A DNA stretch of 63,579 nucleotides, filler included, from Collodictyon triciliatum (lineage: Eukaryota): assembly GCA_043381765.1 (NCBI GenBank). It is 7 parts of 7 records of this genome, joined end to end, with 100 filler letters (N's around TTAATTAATTAA, not from the genome) between each part and the next. Parts side by side here need not be neighbours in the genome. Positions count along the whole stretch, not along the records: positions 46,938 to 58,609 come from JBHJMP010002336.1; positions 58,710 to 63,579 come from JBHJMP010002360.1; 5 more parts are not named here. One strand, 5' to 3'. Below the pieces are notes generated by a model. It did no database searches, was not told the origin of the DNA, and saw only the letters and a program-made list of their open reading frames with translations. Positions 56,701 to 63,579 of the stretch are shown here, in pieces (positions within the stretch are counted from its first letter, which is position 1; each line of letters starts with the position of its first letter). Both the position numbers and the translations under genes were made by a program.

Positions 56701-58408
56701 CGTTCTACAGAAGAGTAGATACATAAGTTCAAATATCTGCCAATAATTAATATCAAGTAGGATTTGTAACAGGGACAATTGTAAATGTCGCACCAAATTG
56801 ACTTACAACCACGACAGGACCGAGCCATCTAAGGGAATCCCTGTTTAGCAAAATATCGCTAATTGGATTTCTGAAAACACGACACATGTCCGAAGCAGAC
56901 TTTAGCATCATAGAGAGAGCATTGCGGAGTGTTTCTTCAAAAGTGCTTGTCATTGCATCATTTCCTTTGTTTCCACTGAAATGATAAGGTATACTTTTAA
57001 TAATAAGGAAATATTAGCCCCGTAAAGTGATACATATTTCTAAAATGCAAATTTATTTCCGGAATGGCAAGAGAATATAGGGAAGTCCAGCTATATGAGT
57101 GTATCACAATAGTGTGCGAATCAAAATTCTCAACGCAAACCCATTATCAACATAGAGATTGATAAGTTGTAGAAAGGAAGGGATGGCAATCGAACGAGTC
57201 TTTAAATTTGCAGCGCTTAGTCGGAATAGTGATAGCAGCACTCCAATTGAATCCTTGTTTATACAAAAATTTATTAAAACTTGCAACTGGTGAACACATT
57301 TCATCTAAAGTCCTTACCAGTCCTTTGGAAAAATCACCACAGTCGACGTAGTTTCTCTCTATCAATTGCAAATAGCACGTCACCCCTTCGATTAAAATAG
57401 CAGAGCAATTTGGATAAAAGCGACTGCATCTTTCCACAAGATTTTTCAGTAATAGAATGGTATTATGTGCAAAATATAGGATTTTGTTTGCTTCCGTAAT
57501 TTTGATTCGTAGGCATAATGATTTTTTAGCTTCAGAGGAATGCGTCTTCTCCACTAGTAAGCCAACAGCAGCCATCTTCTGCAGTAAGGCTTGATTTGAA
57601 CTTTCACTCATTTCAGTCGTGCGCACATCCTTCATGAACATCTCAAGGCAATCAAATGTGCACCCATCGGTAGCCATTGAACCAACTTTCGTCAAGTCTG
57701 AAGAGGGGTATTCAGGTAGAACAGTTTTACTTGAAGAGAAATTAATTCAAAGGTGGTTTGGTAAATCACTGAATATTGGACAGGACAGTTTTTACAAACC
57801 TTTTAAACAGATTATATAATAAAAGAAAATAGGTTTATCGAACTAATACTTAGCAATAGGTGCACTGCATCACTGTAGAGGGTGGAAATAGACTTTGGAT
57901 TTGAATTCAACGATAGCCAAAGGAGGGAAAGGGTTGTTTGGAAGACTTCATCTCTAACTCCTTGATCTTTTCATTTAAATCATGAGAGCTCGACTTTAAA
58001 TTAACGTTTCAAAAACTAGTGATTTTGTATATACGAGTACCCTCGTGGCTGTGGAGAGCAAAAATGGACGCAATGACAGGCTTAATCAATGAGGCATCGC
58101 CATCTCCCATGACAGCAGGGAGCGAAGAGGATATATGATTGATGACCTTCAACACAGTCGACAAATCATCTGACTCTGTACAAATGGTTTTTTTGTTGTT
58201 TTAGTATTTTCCCAAATAACAACGGATGCTATCACAATTTGTTAATGTGTTTATATAGCGCTAAATTTGCTGCTCTTCAGGTAGAATATTCATTCGTTTC
58301 TTATCCAAAAGCTGTTTTAATCTTACCTTTGTATCTTTCCGGCATCAGGATGAGCACTTGGAACATCTGTTCTCTTATCTTTTCGATTAATGTCGTTGGC
58401 ACATTGTC
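47077..58408 (-). CDS. ATR: ATR checkpoint kinase, N-terminal HEAT region to start of FAT domain (partial; kinase domain outside contig)
   Basis: Spliced motifs AIMHESPAVKERAL, CIGLIGAIDP, RAQDLAALAIQ, LMADASFHC..ARSLKHYE, LQKIYHYIGEQDALAG, SLKEEILYHES..WTDALTCYE and QAAWRLGQWD match ATR/Mec1. Confidence 0.88.
52469..52566 (-). mobile_element. 64-bp poly(A)-tailed retroposed insertion with 17-bp TSD (family B), in an ATR intron
   Basis: TGGATCAAATTATCGAT at 52469-52485 and 52550-52566. On the minus strand the insert has AATAAA, then 16 nt, then A9-10. Confidence 0.75.
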
Positions 58409-59556
58409 CTAACGATATATTTTCATTCACTATGGTCTTTATTAATTTATGATTCATGAACAGCATATAAAAAGTAGAGCTTTTCATGGTCATTCGACGT
58501 TTTTTTATTTTTTTATTTTTTGTTTTTGTTTTTGTTTTTGTTTTTGTTTTTGTTTTTGTTTTTGTTTTTGTTTTTGTTTTTGTTTTTGTTTTTGTTTTTG
58601 TTTTTGTTTNNNNNNNNNNNNNNNNNNNNNNNNNNNNNNNNNNNNNNNNNNNNTTAATTAATTAANNNNNNNNNNNNNNNNNNNNNNNNNNNNNNNNNNN
58701 NNNNNNNNNCGACGTCCCCCGCATCGTGGCAGCCCTTGAGGCAGTTCTGTGCCGGCCCGCAGGGATGAGCTTCTAGGCCCAACTCAGCTTTATCCAAACC
58801 CTCTACTCCGCATCACACCACACATAGACTACTGGCCATCTCTAATCAGACCGCGTACTTTCCCGAACCCCCAATCCGGCCCTGCTCTGTAACGCGGCCG
58901 CCTGCGCCCCGCGAAAACTCTCCATCCTCATTTCCCATGCCTAATATGTCCTGACACAACGTCACTAGAATAAAACTTATATCCTCGGTAGCCCTTCTCA
59001 GTGCTGACCCTTTGCCCTTGCTCGCACCACGACTGGGAGTTCAGCCTGCGGACGTGTCCCACGCGCGACGCAGTCTGAGTCCATCAGTCCTTGGTTTTTG
59101 TCCATAGGGTCGGTGACGGACTTGGTCATTTCCATGTGACCGCTACAGTAGAAAAGGATGTGATTAATCACAGAAAAGAAGACTGTGGATCACTCTACCA
59201 GCAACTAGGCCTTGCTCAGATAGTTGACATATTGTGCAAATTTTTTTTAATGTATATAGAAATTTCTATATACTTGACGAGAGTAACATTTGTCAAGAAT
59301 AATTTTCCACAAACAAATAATGTGGGCATATGCATTTCTGGAAATTAAAATCTTCGCTCAGCCAAACCGAGGAGAAAACTGCCAGCCGAGACCACACAAC
59401 TCCTGATTTGCAGCAAGCAGCAAGAAACAAGAAACAAGAAACATAGAAGAAGAAAGAAGAAAAAAAAAGAAAGAGAAAAACCAAATAACAAGTCCACAAC
59501 CAGCGCATCTAATCTCAGTACACAGATCACCGCGAGCCCCAACAAGCGAGACAGAA

Positions 59557-62247
59557 ATGAGTTCGTTGTAAGTCTTTTTGTTTCCATTCAGTCCGCTGAT
59601 AGCTTGTCTTCGAAAGCAGCGCACCAATCGAGCCAAAGCAAACAACCTTTTTGACTATTTAGCCACTGGCAGCACACTTGATTTTTTTTTTTTTTTTTAT
59701 AAAGCAATAACTGTACTCTCTCCAGGCTTCGAAAGCCCAAGACTCAACGCGGAAAACGCTTTGTGCAATCGAAGGAGCCAAAGATTGTGGAGACCTACAA
59801 GAACGCGATGCTCATCCGCGGCTCCACCTCCTCCAATGTGACTTCAACCCTGCTGAAAAACCTGGTATTTGCTCCTTCCATGACCATTGATGAGAACTTC
59901 TTCAGCCCCACATTCCACCCGATCGTCCGTGAATGCGCAGTTATTAACTGTATGTCTTATTTTTTCGACGATATCCTTCGTCGTTTTTATATTTTCTTTT
60001 TTTCCCTTTTTTTTTTTACTTGTAAACGCGGCATGGATCGTGGCCTTTTTTTTTTCTTCGAACTGTGTTTTCAGTTTCTGCTGAGGAAGCCTGACGCAAT
60101 CCACCTGACGCGAAGCAACAAAATCATGCCGTTCGAAGACGTCACGTCCCTTGAATTCCTGTCACAAAAGAATGATGCGAGGTGATTATTTGTCGTATGA
60201 AAATATTATATCGGATAGCTGTTGCCGCCAAGCATGATCTTTACTTGGATAGTAGCTGAAACACTATAGAGTGATATTCTCATACATGCTTGACATAGAC
60301 TCACACCCAATCGCGAGCTTAAAAAAATCGAAAGAAATCTTAGAATTGAAAAATGACATAGTGATCGATTTGACAGTGGAAATGAAAAATACTTTAATGA
60401 TTTTTTTTTTATTGATTTATTTCAGTTCATCTTTCACATACACTCCTAACTAGGGAGCTTTTATTCATTTAGCTTGTTTGTTGTTGCAACACACTCAAAG
60501 AAACGCCCTCACAATATCGTCCTTGGTCGCATGTTTGATTTCCACATTCTAGACATGATGGAGTTGGGGATCTCCAATTTTAAATCTTTGGAAGATTTTA
60601 AGGTTGTTTTGCCCACTCTTCCATACAAACTTTCACTCTTATTCCTGAGCTGAACAATTCGCTGGGAATTTAACGTCTATTGACCTAATTATGATAAAAA
60701 AAATCATATTTTTTTGGACGTAGAATGAAAAGTTTAGCTTGGGCTTTAAACCCTGTTTCATTTTCAACGGAGAGGCCTTTGAGACCAAAGAGGAATACAT
60801 CAAGTTAAAGAATATGTTTTTAGGTGTAATATATATATATCGCATAAACCCAGCTTGGCAATCAATATATTTTAGTTATATATATGCATGCGTCAGTATT
60901 TGAGTAGGTTATTCTGCAGCCTCCCCCTCCTTGTATTATCAGCCTAATTATGGCATACAAAAAATTGAATCAACTTATCCTATTATTTTATAATCAGATT
61001 TCTTCAGAGGGCGTGTTGTACAAAACATCAACCTCGAAGGACTCGACCACACCATAACACTTACCATCCTCCCAGACGGCACTGTATCATTCAAGAGTTA
61101 TCGCATCATTTATCAGAAATCTGGCTTACGGGTTAATTTCCATCAATGTCTTTGCATATAAAATATTCACTCATGGCTAGCCAAATATTTTCTGTCTAAC
61201 ATGGCTCCTAATCACAAATGGCCTTGATTCTTTGTTAACGCTACAATATTTAACACCACTCGTTGATTCATACTAGCATATTAATATTTGATTTATGCAG
61301 ATTCCGCGTGTTGAATTAGACGAAGTGGGCCCATCCTTTGACATAACTCTTAGACGCAACAAGTTTGCTGACAGTCAACTATACAAGGTCTCTACATAAT
61401 TTTACTATTTCATCGAGTCGTCCCATATTCCGATATATCTACATATAAAGTAGTTTTTTTATTTTTATTTCTTTATTGTATTTATTTCGGCCTCCGTGCG
61501 TAACTACTGATTAGAAAGCCAAACTCATGAATCATATTACCTAAAATGCATATTTTCCCCTTGTTATTAGGAAGCATGTAAGATTCCCAAAGCAGGATTG
61601 AAAAAGAAAGAAAAGAATATCGAGTATGCCGGTGTTGGTGAAAAGTAAGTGATAATACGAATAACAATAATCAGCAAGAAAACCCCCCCACTGTTATCTA
61701 GAAAATGGCGTGTGGTATTATCTGTGTTTTCGTTTGTTTCTCAGTTTCCTGACTCCTGTGCACTCTTATAACACCTCTGCTTCAACAATGTACATATTTA
61801 ACTTTTCTTTAATTATTCTTTCTTTCGTTCGATTTAGACATGGTCGCATCCACATGGAGCGACAAGACCTTGGAACGCTCCAGACTCGTAAGGTAAAGGC
61901 CTTGAAGCGACGAAAGACAGAAAAGGGAGAAGAGGGGGCCGATGGAGGTTTTTTTTTCCCCTTTACGCGTGTGTGTGCAGTGTTTTCAAACAAAATACAA
62001 TTAATTAAAAAAATTGCTGGAAACTTCATGAACTTGACCTATCAAAGTAATTCTGGCGAATAGACCCATCAAACACCAAAAAATAGTTGAAAGATTGATG
62101 GAAATGCCTTACTGAAAATTCACCGCCACAGATATTTCCTACACAAACGACACACCCAGCGAAGTCTCTTCAACAACATCCGCAAAAACAACAAGCAAGA
62201 AGCGCGCAGCTGCATCCCGCTCAGATAATTTCGATGAAGACGAATAA
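59557..62247 (+). CDS. RPF2: Ribosome production factor 2 (Brix domain)
   Basis: RKPKTQRGKRFVQSKEPKIVE, PFEDVTSLEFLSQKND, HSKKRPHNIVLGRMFDFHILDMMELG, PRVELDEVGPSFD and QDLGTLQTRKVKALK. Micro first exon 59557-59567. Confidence 0.95.
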
Positions 62248-62743
62248 ATGTCGCAAAACTAATAAACATATATATTTTTTTCTCTTGGTTACATACTTCT
62301 TTCTGCTCAGTACCACTGCCAAAATGCGATAGGCTTCGGGTTATATGGCTAGAATCGATGGAGAGTCAAGAAAATAAGATATATCTTAGCTATAATCAGG
62401 TATTGTGAAAGAGTTAAAAAACCAGTCCGAAAATGAAAGGAATGGTGGATGGTATCTTCTACTGGATATCTTACCTATATACACCACTGTTTTCTATATA
62501 AGTGGGGTGATGGTTTTTTTTTATATTTGTATGCAGAAAAGCCTTCTGCCAGCCATCGAGTGTTGATATCTACCTTACTCTTGAGGCGTAGGATACCGTG
62601 CAACGTCACAAAGGCAGTCCGTATAAGCATGCAAACGCAATAAAAAGCGAACGAAAAAAAACAACCTACACACACACTATATATACTTTGTTAAAATTGA
62701 AGAGCTGCGGGTATGAAAGAATTAGAGTTGGCCAAATCACGCG

Positions 62744-62797
62744 AAGATTAATTACATATTTTTTTCCCTTTATTCGATTCAAAGATTAATCACAGAT
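62744..62797 (-). mobile_element. Family A insertion in reverse orientation with imperfect 16-bp target-site duplication
   Basis: Reverse complement reads AATCTTTGAATCGAATAAAGGGAAAAAAA. Flanks are AAGATTAATTACATAT (62744-62759) and AAGATTAATCACAGAT (62782-62797). Confidence 0.65.
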
Positions 62798-63579
62798 AAT
62801 TCGTGGCTAGTCACATTTAATCCACTCGAGTTAAACCATTCGATGCTCATTACTGAAGGATGGTGCCATTTAAAAGAGTATTAAGTGTGTATGTTACCAC
62901 ATCCATAAATTGATATCGATGTCTACAATCAAGGATGTTGAGACTAATCTAGAGGAGAGTCACTTTTCTCGTGCGTATTTATATACTAGATGGTCAAGAA
63001 TTTAAAACCACAATAGCCCCTGCACACTTGCTCTCGACAGAAGTAGGAAAAAATATTCATCAAAGTTATCTGATACGTGGTGAAGTATGTATCCGACAAG
63101 TTAAATAAGAACAAAAGCTCGGATTTCCACAAAATCGTGCGATAAAAGAGTCAGAGTCGGCCGATATAATTGGAAATGGTGATTGATACTTGTTTATTCT
63201 CAACTTTTTTTTCCTTTGCCTATTTTCTAATCTTTTAATCTTTTCATGTTTTCTGTTTTCTACAGGAATTAAAACTTCAGGTGCACATATAAATTCTAGT
63301 AACTGGATGATATATCACCATTGTCGAATGAAGCAAGAGATTGAAGAAAAGAAAAAAAAGAAGGAAGATATGTGGTCACTTCCTTCCCTCAGGTTTATAA
63401 CAACGTTAGTTATTATATACCTTTCGCAGATAAATTCACTGAATATTGTTGTCGATCAAATAACATCTCAATCGCTTAAATCACTTGAATGCTTCAACAT
63501 CAATGTATGAAAAAAGAGAATAAAAAAAGGAGAATAAAAAAAAAGAGAATGAAAAAAAAGAGAATGAAAAAAAAGAGAA

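Overview
This is eukaryotic DNA: AT-rich, intron-dense and microsatellite-rich, probably from a protist. The window holds seven contigs joined by artificial 100-bp N44-TTAATTAATTAA-N44 spacers, so genes on opposite sides of a spacer are not real neighbours. Host genes, reconstructed by eye across introns, are: a NEK1-like kinase with a U12-type AT-AC intron; a protein with five GRAM domains; an OGT-like GT41 enzyme with an apparent signal peptide; a disrupted WD40/Cys-rich multipass receptor; a Roco LRR-Roc-COR-kinase ending in a CaaX box; a WH2/WIP-like protein; a CBM20-BORCS6 fusion; an FMRP/FXR-like protein; partial ATR; and RPF2. The standout feature is an intronless, compact block at about 36.27-40.91 kb directly behind the Roco gene. 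It encodes a 519-aa protein that looks like a Polinton-like virus double-jelly-roll major capsid protein, plus three orphan ORFs, with a perfect hairpin at the host junction and nested inverted repeats. This is probably an endogenous virus, truncated by the contig end. Also seen is a family of ~25-bp AATAAA/oligo-A insertions, each flanked by a different target-site duplication. All family assignments come from motif recognition by eye; no database searches were run.
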